Part shown: positions 25,288 to 32,000 of the stretch, piece by piece | Numbering within the stretch: position 1 is the stretch's first letter | How the letters are laid out: each line of letters begins with the position of its first letter | Source: Halogeometricum borinquense DSM 11551 | GTDB taxonomy: Archaea > Halobacteriota > Halobacteria > Halobacteriales > Haloferacaceae | Assembly (NCBI RefSeq): GCF_000172995.2 | Contig: NC_014729.1 | Span: 2,430,001-2,462,000, forward strand | Reading direction: 5' to 3' | Length of the DNA stretch: 32,000 nucleotides | The notes under the pieces: model-generated | Databases searched by the model: none | The model's input: the letters and a program-made list of their open reading frames with translations, nothing else | Told to the model about the DNA's origin: nothing | Program-made: the position numbers and the translations under genes

Positions 25288-26877
25288 CTACGGCGAGATC
25301 GTTTTCGACACCCATCCAGTGGCCCCACTCGGGAACGGACTCTCCTCCTCGCGCGGTTGGAGCGTCCCGGTACTGTCGGTGGCGCGGACGACGACAGTGT
25401 GTCGGCGACCCGGGTTCTCGTAGGTGTGCTCCCACTGTCGCCACGCGTCCTCGGCCGCCTCACCGGACTCGTCCGTTCCGGCAGGTAAGCGGTCCGAGAG
25501 CGTCGCGTCAGCCCACGTCTCGCCGCCGTCGATGGAGACTTCCACCCGTTCGATGCCACGCGTACCGGCGTAGGCATGGCCCGCCGCCTGTATCTGGCCG
25601 TCGCGCCGATTCGTGGTGTGAAGTTTCGCAACGGTGTTGACGGGACCGGTTCCGTGCCAACCGCGTCGCTCCCAAAAGCCCTTCTCGGGGCCGTCCAGAA
25701 TCTCCATCTCCGTGACCCACTTGACGTTGATCTCCCCCCAGTGGCCGGGAATAAGCGCCCGAACCGGGTGACCGTGTGCCCTCGGGAGAGGTCCGCCGCG
25801 TTTCCCGTAAGCGAGGAAGCCGTCTTCGAGCGCTTCGACGGGGAATTCCTCGAAGTAGTCATCCGCCGCGCGGAGCATGACGAACGCACCCTGCGGATTC
25901 ACTTCGTCTAAGATCCGTGAGATCGGGACGCCAGTCCAAAGATCCGTATCCATCAGCGTCCCGTTTATTTTGTCGCTGACGCACCGGAGCGTGACGAATC
26001 GCTGTTCGTCACCCATCGCAGTCAACTCGTCGTACGTGTACGTTGCTTCCTGTTCGACACTCCCAGTGACTGAGAGCGTCCAATCGCTCGCGCGGAGGTT
26101 CGGGTCAATATTGTTGATGTCTACCTGATAGAAGTCGTCGCTGACGAGACCCTCTAGACCGTCTACGTCGAGCGTTCGGCGTTCGGCTTCCGCGAGATAC
26201 TCCTGCGTGACTGTCGAGTCACCGACCGATTGGCTGTCGTTGCTCGATGGCCCAGACCCATCGGGACCGCCGGGCGTACCGGAACCATCGACGGACGACG
26301 TGACCGCAGCGGGTCCCGATGCCGACCGGCCGAAAAGATAGCTGAGGATGCCGACGCCGAACGCACTCGCCACGCCGCCGAGTACTCGCCGCCGGACCGA
26401 CGAGTCGGTAGCGGCGCTTGGCTCACCCATCACGGCGGCGAGTTCGGCGACGAGGACGACGACTGCACCACCGACGGCTGCTCCGAGTGAGAGCATCAGT
26501 TGGCCCGTAAGAACCACAGTAACGACCCACATCGATGCGCCGACCAGACCGACAGGTGCCAATCGAGCATCAAGTCGGCGGCCAGCGACGAGCGCGAGAA
26601 ACGAGACGCCCGCCAGTAATGCCGTAGTGAGGCCGGTTGCGAGCGCCAAGTTGAGCAACTGCCCGAAGTGGTCGATACCCGCGAACGTCCCGAGAGTGAC
26701 GATAGCGAACCGAAGTACGGCATCGGGGACGGTCCGAGTGAGGAACGCCGCAACGGGTGCGACGACGAATGCGGGAGTAAATCCGGCGGTCGCGTACGAT
26801 CCCGCGACGGCGGCGACGCCCGCGAGGAACGCGACGAACGATGTCGGCCCGACACGTTGCAAGCGGTTCGATGTCAT
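25288..26877 (-). CDS. Membrane-anchored sulfite-oxidase-family molybdopterin oxidoreductase with a C-terminal Mo-co dimerisation (Ig-like) domain
   Basis: 529 aa from MTSNRLQRVGPTSF... It has about 6 N-terminal TM helices and a Ser/Gly/Pro linker. The catalytic domain is FYQVDIN...WTLSVTG...VTLRCVSD...GHPVRALIPGHWGEINVKWV, and the dimerisation domain is GHAYAGTRGIERVEVSIDGGETW. The first 51 aa of the track ORF (from 27030) overlap the divergent promoter and were dropped. Confidence 0.85.
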   Translation of the reverse strand: MTSNRLQRVGPTSFVAFLAGVAAVAGSYATAGFTPAFVVAPVAAFLTRTVPDAVLRFAIVTLGTFAGIDHFGQLLNLALATGLTTALLAGVSFLALVAGRRLDARLAPVGLVGASMWVVTVVLTGQLMLSLGAAVGGAVVVLVAELAAVMGEPSAATDSSVRRRVLGGVASAFGVGILSYLFGRSASGPAAVTSSVDGSGTPGGPDGSGPSSNDSQSVGDSTVTQEYLAEAERRTLDVDGLEGLVSDDFYQVDINNIDPNLRASDWTLSVTGSVEQEATYTYDELTAMGDEQRFVTLRCVSDKINGTLMDTDLWTGVPISRILDEVNPQGAFVMLRAADDYFEEFPVEALEDGFLAYGKRGGPLPRAHGHPVRALIPGHWGEINVKWVTEMEILDGPEKGFWERRGWHGTGPVNTVAKLHTTNRRDGQIQAAGHAYAGTRGIERVEVSIDGGETWADATLSDRLPAGTDESGEAAEDAWRQWEHTYENPGRRHTVVVRATDSTGTLQPREEESPFPSGATGWVSKTISP

Positions 26878-26987
26878 CCGTACGAGTGTGTGGGTTTGCG
26901 GCACGGTTGTACCTTCTTCAGAATCTCTCCCAATTTCGGGATGAATCCGGACCGCCAGCGAACGGAAACATAACGAACGAAAAACAC

Positions 26988-27773
26988 ATGTCCATTGATA
27001 CGATAGCTTCAACCGTGTCTTCTCTGCCATCCATACGCTTAGAAGCGTGTACGTGGACAGAAGTCGAATCAGCGCTGGAATCCGGCATGCGGACGGCTGT
27101 CGTCGCAGTCGGAGCTATCGAGCAACACGGCCCGCATCTCCCCCTCATCATGGACACGCTCGCGGGCGACGAACTCGCACGGCGCATCGCCGAAAAACTG
27201 GGCGATGCGTTCGCCGCGCCGACGATTCGACCGGGGTGTTCGGGCCACCACATGGAGTTTCCCGGTACGATTACCGTCCCGCCAGAGACGCTGATGGACG
27301 TGATTCGCTCGTACTGTCGGTCGCTCGACGAACACGGATTCGAGCATATCGCTTTGGTTCCGACGCACGGCGGCAACTTCGCCCCGGTCAACACCGTCGC
27401 GCCCGAAATCGGCCGTGAAATCGATGCGAACGTCGTCGCCGTCGCTGACCTACACGAGTACATGGACCGACAGAAAGCAGGCTTGCACGCGGGCGGCGTC
27501 GAGTACGAAGAGTCCGTCATTCACGCGGGCGCAGTCGAGACGGCAATGGTACTGGCCGTAGACGAGGGTCTCGTCAGAACCGATGAGTTGGCCGTCGGCC
27601 ACGAAGGCGAAGTCTCGACGGCGCGACTGCTCAGCGACGGGTTCGCATCGATTACCGAAAACGGCGTCCTCGGTGATCCGCGAGCAGCGACTGCCGAAGC
27701 GGGCGAGGAGATTTTCGAGGCTGTCGCCGACGCTTACGTCGAACGTATTGAAACCGAACGCGACGCGGTGTGA
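26988..27773 (+). CDS. Creatininase-family amidohydrolase (creatinine amidohydrolase / ArfB-type deformylase family)
   Basis: 261 aa from MSIDTIAST. It has the VGAIEQHGPHLPLIMD motif, plus HGGN and HAGAVET metal-site motifs. Confidence 0.82.
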   Translation: MSIDTIASTVSSLPSIRLEACTWTEVESALESGMRTAVVAVGAIEQHGPHLPLIMDTLAGDELARRIAEKLGDAFAAPTIRPGCSGHHMEFPGTITVPPETLMDVIRSYCRSLDEHGFEHIALVPTHGGNFAPVNTVAPEIGREIDANVVAVADLHEYMDRQKAGLHAGGVEYEESVIHAGAVETAMVLAVDEGLVRTDELAVGHEGEVSTARLLSDGFASITENGVLGDPRAATAEAGEEIFEAVADAYVERIETERDAV

Positions 27774-27813
27774 GCAAGATGTAGAGACGCGCCGCTCGAA
27801 ATGTAGTATCCGT

Positions 27814-27845
27814 GAAAAGCACCGAGAGTGAGATTTGAACTCCAC
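27814..27845 (-). pseudogene. Degenerate copy of the tRNA-Ser 3' end (T-arm, acceptor 3' strand, and 7 nt of trailer)
   Basis: 27814-27842 matches 27945-27973 at 26 of 29 positions (GAAAAGCACCGAGAGTGAGATTTGAACTC versus GAGAAGCGCCGAGGGTGAGATTTGAACTC). A 1-nt insertion breaks the T-stem, and I can fold no D-arm, anticodon arm or 5' acceptor strand upstream. Confidence 0.75.
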
Positions 27846-27908
27846 TCGCTCCCCGCGGTTGCTCGCTAGTTCACATCTCAGTAACACGCACACAGCGACT
27901 CAGATATA

Positions 27909-27930
27909 CGAGAGACACGGAGGTCTCTCG
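27909..27930. other. Perfect 8-bp hairpin CGAGAGAC-n6-GTCTCTCG, 22 nt downstream of the tRNA-Ser 3' end
   Basis: Read directly from the sequence. It lies between the intact tRNA and its partial copy. Confidence 0.8.
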
Positions 27931-27951
27931 CGGATTGAGTTCGCTGAGAAG

Positions 27952-28036
27952 CGCCGAGGGTGAGATTTGAACTCACGTGTCCGAATGGACAGTAGATTTC
28001 GAATCTACCGCCTTGGCCGGGCTAGGCTACCTCGGC
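27952..28036 (-). tRNA. tRNA-Ser (anticodon CGA)
   Basis: The reverse complement folds as a cloverleaf: acceptor GCCGAGG/CCTCGGC, discriminator G, anticodon arm GTAGA-TTCGAAA-TCTAC, long variable arm GTCC-ATTC-GGAC, and T-arm GTGAG-TTCAAAT-CTCAC. It is 85 nt and has no encoded CCA. Confidence 0.93.
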
Positions 28037-28061
28037 TTGCATCCACAGTTGGGAGATGGTA

Positions 28062-28070
28062 CGTTTAATC
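28062..28070. promoter_or_regulatory. TTTAAT/ATTAAA element positioned to act as a TATA box for both tRNA-Ser (minus) and the MoxR gene (plus)
   Basis: The sequence cgTTTAATcg lies about 27-33 nt upstream of the tRNA 5' end (28036) and about 30-36 nt upstream of GTG 28099. Confidence 0.35.
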
Positions 28071-28098
28071 GGTTTCGATTTCGACGGACCAGAGCGGT

Positions 28099-29091
28099 GT
28101 GACCCGGAGTACTAAGTCACAAGACGACGGCAAGGGAGATATGGATATCCCCGAAGCGAGTGAGGCGTGCAGTAGCGTCCTCGCGGAAGTGTCGAAGGCC
28201 GTCATCGCCGAGCAAGAGTTCCTCGAACGGATCATGCTCGGCGTCCTCTCCCGCGGCCACGTCCTCCTCGAAGACGTCCCCGGTACCGGAAAGACCCTCA
28301 GCGCACGAAGCGTCGCCACCGCCCTCGGCCTCTCGTTCTCCCGCGTGCAGTTCACGCCGGACCTCCTCCCCTCCGACGTGACCGGGACGAACATCTTCAA
28401 CGAGCGCGAGCAGTCCTTCGAGTTCTCCGAAGGACCCATCTTCGCTAACGTCGTCCTCGCCGACGAGATTAACCGCGCGCCGCCGAAGACGCAGGCCGCC
28501 CTCCTCGAAGCGATGGAAGAAGGACAGGTCACGGTGGACGGCGAGACACACGAACTCCCGAAGCCGTTCTTCGTCATCGCCACGCAGAACCCCGTCGAAA
28601 GCGAGGGGACGTTCCCACTCCCAGAGGCGCAGATCGACCGCTTCGTCGTCAAGACGAGCATCGGCTATCCAGACTCCGACGGCGAAGTCGAACTCCTCCG
28701 TCGCCGTGTCGGACGCGAAGCCCGTAGTCCGAGCGTCGGATCGGTCCTCTCCCGCGAGGAAGTGATGGATGTGCGACTCGTTCCCGAAGACGTGCGAGTG
28801 GACGAAGACCTGTTGCACTACATGGCAGACATCGCGCGGACGACTCGCAACGACCGACGGGTTGACGTTGGCGTCTCCCCGCGCGGGACGCAGCGCCTCC
28901 TCGAAGCGTCGCGCGCCCGCGCCGTACTCTCAGGCCGCGAGTTCGTCACACCAGACGACGTAAAGCGCGTCTCCCCTGCCGTCCTCGCACACCGACTCGT
29001 TCTCACGCCGGACGCACAGGTAAACGACGTGGCGAAAGCGGATGTCGTCTCCGACGTTCTCGAACGGGTCGAAGTGCCGACGATAGAGTAG
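28099..29091 (+). CDS. MoxR-family AAA+ ATPase
   Basis: Walker A LLEDVPGTGKT, Walker B VVLADEINRAPPKTQAALLEAMEE, and ATQNPVESEGTFPLPEAQIDRF, a classic MoxR. GTG 28099 fits a leaderless start; ATG 28141 (MDIPEAS) is the alternative. Confidence 0.9.
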   Translation: MTRSTKSQDDGKGDMDIPEASEACSSVLAEVSKAVIAEQEFLERIMLGVLSRGHVLLEDVPGTGKTLSARSVATALGLSFSRVQFTPDLLPSDVTGTNIFNEREQSFEFSEGPIFANVVLADEINRAPPKTQAALLEAMEEGQVTVDGETHELPKPFFVIATQNPVESEGTFPLPEAQIDRFVVKTSIGYPDSDGEVELLRRRVGREARSPSVGSVLSREEVMDVRLVPEDVRVDEDLLHYMADIARTTRNDRRVDVGVSPRGTQRLLEASRARAVLSGREFVTPDDVKRVSPAVLAHRLVLTPDAQVNDVAKADVVSDVLERVEVPTIE

Positions 29092-29112
29092 CGGCGGGCG
29101 CAGAGACACCGA

Positions 29113-29646
29113 CTAGCGGCCGCGGCGAACCTGTCGGCCCGTGTCTCGATTTCCACGCAGTGCCGCGACCAACGCGGTTGCACCGAGAAGCACCAGTACC
29201 AACGCCGCGACGGGTTGGCCACCACCGACCGCGAGGAAGACCGCGTAGACGACGGCGGTGCCAGCGATGCCAACGAGGAGCGTCGCTGCCGAGTGAACCA
29301 CCGTCAACCGAGTCGTATCGGCGTCGCGGCCGAGTTGCTCACCGACGCCGATAGCGTACTCGCCGGCATCCCACGAAACGACAGCACCCAGAGTACCGAG
29401 GAGGAGGAGTTCCGCGACGCCACCCAGTACGCCCGCGTAGACGATGCCGAGGAACAGTGCCGTTGCACCGAGCGTGACGAGACGGCGCGAGGCGCGGAAA
29501 AGGCCCACAGCGAGGACAACGACGCCGACGGCCGCGGGTGCGGCGGCCCCGGCGGCGGCGAGCGTGATACCGATGAATCCGACGGTAGCGGCAACAAGCG
29601 AGAGCAGTACGCCTTGCGTCGCCGGACGACGGGTGATCTCCGTCAT
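29113..29646 (-). CDS. Hypothetical polytopic membrane protein, last gene of the DUF58 operon
   Basis: 177 aa from MTEITRRPATQG, with 5-6 Ala/Gly/Val/Leu-rich helices. Its ATG overlaps the DUF58 stop (ATGA at 29643-29646). Confidence 0.6.
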   Translation of the reverse strand: MTEITRRPATQGVLLSLVAATVGFIGITLAAAGAAAPAAVGVVVLAVGLFRASRRLVTLGATALFLGIVYAGVLGGVAELLLLGTLGAVVSWDAGEYAIGVGEQLGRDADTTRLTVVHSAATLLVGIAGTAVVYAVFLAVGGGQPVAALVLVLLGATALVAALRGNRDTGRQVRRGR

Positions 29647-30914
29647 TGCGACCACCGCCGTTCGGCGCGGGCGAGTTCAGTCGCCAGCGGTTCCTCGCCC
29701 CAATCGATGGCGCGAATACCCGACTGTCGGAGTCCGGCGAGGCGGTTCTGTCGTTCAATAGCCGCGAGGCGGTGCCCCGGCGTGTCGTCCGTTGTCGGGT
29801 CGGGGCTGACGACCGTGACCAAGTGCCCGTGTGCATCGAGACGCCGTGCGGCAACGGTGGCAAAGTCGTCCGCCAGCGGCGAGAAGAAAAGAACCTGTGC
29901 GTCTGACGGAAGCCGACGCCGGAGGCGACGGAGCGCGACGACGGGGAAGTACGAATCATCCGATGGCGTCGGCGCGAGGGCGGGATTCGCTGCGAACAGT
30001 TCACGAGCGCGAGCGCGATGGTCGCTGCCGGTTGTCGGTGCGAGCCAACACTCGTGCGGTGAGAGTGCCGCCACCCCCACACGGTCGCCGCTGTCGAGAA
30101 GCGACGAAAACGCCCTCGTCGCGGCATCGACGCTTCGTTCGACGGCGTTCTGTTCGCCCTCGTCGGTAGCGACGTACGCCTCCGAACGGGCGTCGATCAG
30201 GAGAACGACCGTTGCGGCGCGTTCTTCGCGGAACTCAAGCGTCGCCATCTCTCCCGTGCGAGCGCGGCGGTTCCAGTCGATACGGTTGAGTGGGTCGCCG
30301 CGACGGTACTCGCGGGTCGAATAGAACTCCAACCCGGCCCCGGCGACGTTCGTAGCGACTCGGCCGGTGTACTGCGTCGTCAAGCCTCGAAGCGGCAGAT
30401 CAGCGGTCGCTTCGAGCGACGGGGTACACCGGAGGACGGTCGTCTCGTCAGGAGAGATGTCCTCGCTTCGCTCCGTTTCCGCGCTCGGACTACGGACGAC
30501 GGCATGGAGCGGATCCCACGCGTGTTCGCCGCGGACAGCCTCCACGGAGTACGAGAACGTCGCCGCCTTTCCGGGGCGAAGCGCTGTTCCGATTCGGGCG
30601 GACCCGTCCGTCACCTCCAACGCTGGCGGGACGCCGTCGATCAGTCTGAGGTCCGTGAGCGGCGTCGCGCCGACGTTCCTAACGGTGACGGTCACGCGTA
30701 CGTCTTCCCCCGTATCCGGCGTCTGGTTGGAGAGTTCTCGCGTGATGTCGAGCGCCGGAGCGGGCGCATCAGCGAACCACGCGTAGGCGGTGTATGCAAC
30801 GCCGACCCCGGCGACGAGGAGGAGCGCCGGTTGCTGGAAAACGACGCCCGCGGCACCGGCGATGAGCGCGGCACCTTCGATTCCGGTCCAGCGGTGCGTA
30901 TCGAATCCGTTCAT
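29643..30914 (-). CDS. DUF58 family protein (vWA-like, MoxR-associated) with two N-terminal TM helices and an Ig-like domain
   Basis: 423 aa. The DUF58 signature is EFYSTREYRRGDPLNRIDWNRRARTGEMATLEFREERAATVVLLID. Upstream is a CARDB-like VRVTVTVRNVGATPLTDLRLID segment. Confidence 0.88.
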   Translation of the reverse strand: MNGFDTHRWTGIEGAALIAGAAGVVFQQPALLLVAGVGVAYTAYAWFADAPAPALDITRELSNQTPDTGEDVRVTVTVRNVGATPLTDLRLIDGVPPALEVTDGSARIGTALRPGKAATFSYSVEAVRGEHAWDPLHAVVRSPSAETERSEDISPDETTVLRCTPSLEATADLPLRGLTTQYTGRVATNVAGAGLEFYSTREYRRGDPLNRIDWNRRARTGEMATLEFREERAATVVLLIDARSEAYVATDEGEQNAVERSVDAATRAFSSLLDSGDRVGVAALSPHECWLAPTTGSDHRARARELFAANPALAPTPSDDSYFPVVALRRLRRRLPSDAQVLFFSPLADDFATVAARRLDAHGHLVTVVSPDPTTDDTPGHRLAAIERQNRLAGLRQSGIRAIDWGEEPLATELARAERRWSQ

Positions 30915-31477
30915 CGGTGCGCCTCCGTCACGGAGTCGTCGCTCTCGTGAACAGACTCGATAGCGTCAATCGTTCGTGCGGCCCGCGCTGCGGTGGACGA
31001 CTGTCCGCGAACAACCAACCGAACCCGGTCAACCAACGAGAGCGAAACGTCGGCACCGAGATAACGGGCCGCGACGGGGTCAGTCGTCCACGTTCCTTCC
31101 TCGACGTGTCGTTCGGCAACGTCGGCCGAGCAGTTGTCGTGGAAGACGAGCGTTTGAATAGCCGACTCGCGGAGGCGCATCCGAAGGTTGGTCGCATCGC
31201 TCACTCGCCAACCGGTCTTCGACAGACGGCGGTCCACGTCGTCGCCGGGCGTCGGAACTCGGTATCGGAGTTCGGGGTCACCTGTGTCTGCTGCACGATA
31301 GTCAACGCTCCGGCGTCCGAGTGCGTAGCGGAGGCCTTGGGCGCCTGCGACGAGACCGACGACGATGACAAAGACGAACGTCGCGCTCAGACCGGGAACG
31401 ACAAATCCCGCGAGGCCCGCGACGCCGCCGAGAACGGCGATGACGCCGACGCCGGCAGTGATTTTTGTCGTGTTCAT
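30911..31477 (-). CDS. Hypothetical membrane protein (two TM helices plus a soluble domain) of the DUF58 operon
   Basis: 188 aa. ATGA overlaps occur at both ends (30911-30914 and 31474-31477). Confidence 0.62.
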   Translation of the reverse strand: MNTTKITAGVGVIAVLGGVAGLAGFVVPGLSATFVFVIVVGLVAGAQGLRYALGRRSVDYRAADTGDPELRYRVPTPGDDVDRRLSKTGWRVSDATNLRMRLRESAIQTLVFHDNCSADVAERHVEEGTWTTDPVAARYLGADVSLSLVDRVRLVVRGQSSTAARAARTIDAIESVHESDDSVTEAHR

Positions 31478-32000
31478 GACGCATCCTCCGCGTAAGCCGA
31501 CTCGATGCGTCTGAGAGCGGTGACCGCACGTTCTTCGCGGTCGGTCGTCGCCGACTGCCCGCCGTACCGAACCTCCTCGAACAGGTGCGTGAGTTCGTCC
31601 ACGTCTTCACGGGTCATTCCGGCATCGACCGCGGCGGATGCGAACTCGCCGGGAGTACTCGTCTGAGGATTCGGAATGTCGAGAAGGGCAGTCATCTCGC
31701 TCCACGCGCGGTACACTTCGTTATCTACGTCGGCGTCGTCTTCGATCCGGTCTGCGGCGGCACCGGCGGCCCGGCCGATGTCGCGGATGTCAACGTCGTC
31801 GTCCTCCTCATGAACCGTCTCGGGGTCCGCCGCAGCGTCGTCGTCTCCGGTCGAGAAGAACAGGAGGGCGACAGCACCGACGAGTGCGAGGACGAGAATA
31901 AACCCGAATATCGCGGTGGGTGCGGCGACAGGACCGTCACCGGACCCAGGGAATCCCCCGCCACCCTGTGGAAGTGAAAACGACCCGTTGCTGGCACCGA
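31474..32000 (-). CDS. DUF4129-domain membrane protein, C-terminal part; 5' end lies outside the window
   Basis: I checked this frame codon by codon, and it stays open to the window edge. It reads ...GGGGFPGSGDGPVAAPTAIFGFILVLALVGAVALLFFSTGDDD (TM helix), then an acidic linker, then VYRAWSEMTALLDIPNPQTSTPGEFASAAVDAGMTREDVDELTHLFEEVRYGG, which matches the DUF4129 pattern. The track's 80-aa ORF is only its 3' part. Confidence 0.7.
   Translation of the reverse strand, partial: GASNGSFSLPQGGGGFPGSGDGPVAAPTAIFGFILVLALVGAVALLFFSTGDDDAAADPETVHEEDDDVDIRDIGRAAGAAADRIEDDADVDNEVYRAWSEMTALLDIPNPQTSTPGEFASAAVDAGMTREDVDELTHLFEEVRYGGQSATTDREERAVTALRRIESAYAEDAS

Noticed and set aside
26968-26974. ACATAAC upstream of the creatininase-family gene, considered as its TATA box.
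   Set aside because: It is centred only about 17 nt from ATG 26988, too close for the usual -26/-27 spacing of a leaderless transcript. The promoter remains unassigned.
27814-27935. A second, intron-containing tRNA gene on the minus strand next to tRNA-Ser.
   Set aside because: Only the T-loop and 3' acceptor part is recognisable. The T-stem is broken by a 1-nt insertion. The best 5' acceptor candidate (GCGAGAG) mispairs and belongs to an independent 8-bp hairpin. No D-arm or anticodon arm with U33 can be drawn.
31725-31997. A 90-aa minus-strand ORF (MPATGRFHFHRVAGD...) at the window end.
   Set aside because: It overlaps, in another frame, the upstream continuation of the DUF4129 gene. That continuation has a clean TM helix and an acidic linker, whereas the 90-aa product is Ser/Pro/Thr/Arg-rich and low in complexity.

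Overview
This is a high-GC window encoding acidic proteins, with many apparently leaderless genes, which points to a haloarchaeal chromosome. Gene order resembles Haloferax-type core regions. I support 36 protein genes and one tRNA. Almost all are housekeeping: partial GGGP synthase, AspRS, the archaeal CoA pair pantoate kinase and phosphopantothenate synthetase, Thi4 with a nearby HTH-ThiN protein, dCTP deaminase, Pth2, TruD, the L37ae-RpoP-Pcc1-prefoldin beta cluster, GMP synthase subunit A, and a citramalate/isopropylmalate synthase. Accessory-looking genes are two membrane-anchored molybdopterin oxidoreductases, a Xi-class GST, a PAS histidine kinase, a creatininase-family protein, and a MoxR/DUF58/DUF4129 cluster. 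I see no CRISPR array, transposase, integrase, rRNA or recognisable defence system. The long Arg/Pro/Ser-rich antisense ORFs in the track are GC artefacts. Three things stand out. (1) The 356-bp spacer after aspS holds three to four extra copies of the aspS C-terminal coding cassette ([10 protein letters not shown]). Each uses different synonymous codons, and they are embedded in strong hairpins, which looks like a fossil record of displaced aspS 3' ends. (2) A roughly 30-nt degenerate copy of the tRNA-Ser(CGA) 3' end lies 131 bp downstream of the intact tRNA, an att-like scar beside the MoxR cluster. (3) A four-gene operon on the minus strand (DUF4129, membrane protein, DUF58, membrane protein) is joined by ATGA overlaps and converges on a MoxR ATPase gene; its function is unknown. 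Smaller oddities are an L37ae lacking all four zinc-ribbon cysteines, a Cys-rich HNH-like protein, a 30-bp tandem duplication, and a low-GC orphan spacer. Start codons were chosen from homolog N-termini and TATA-like boxes about 25-32 nt upstream, and they are less certain than the gene calls themselves.
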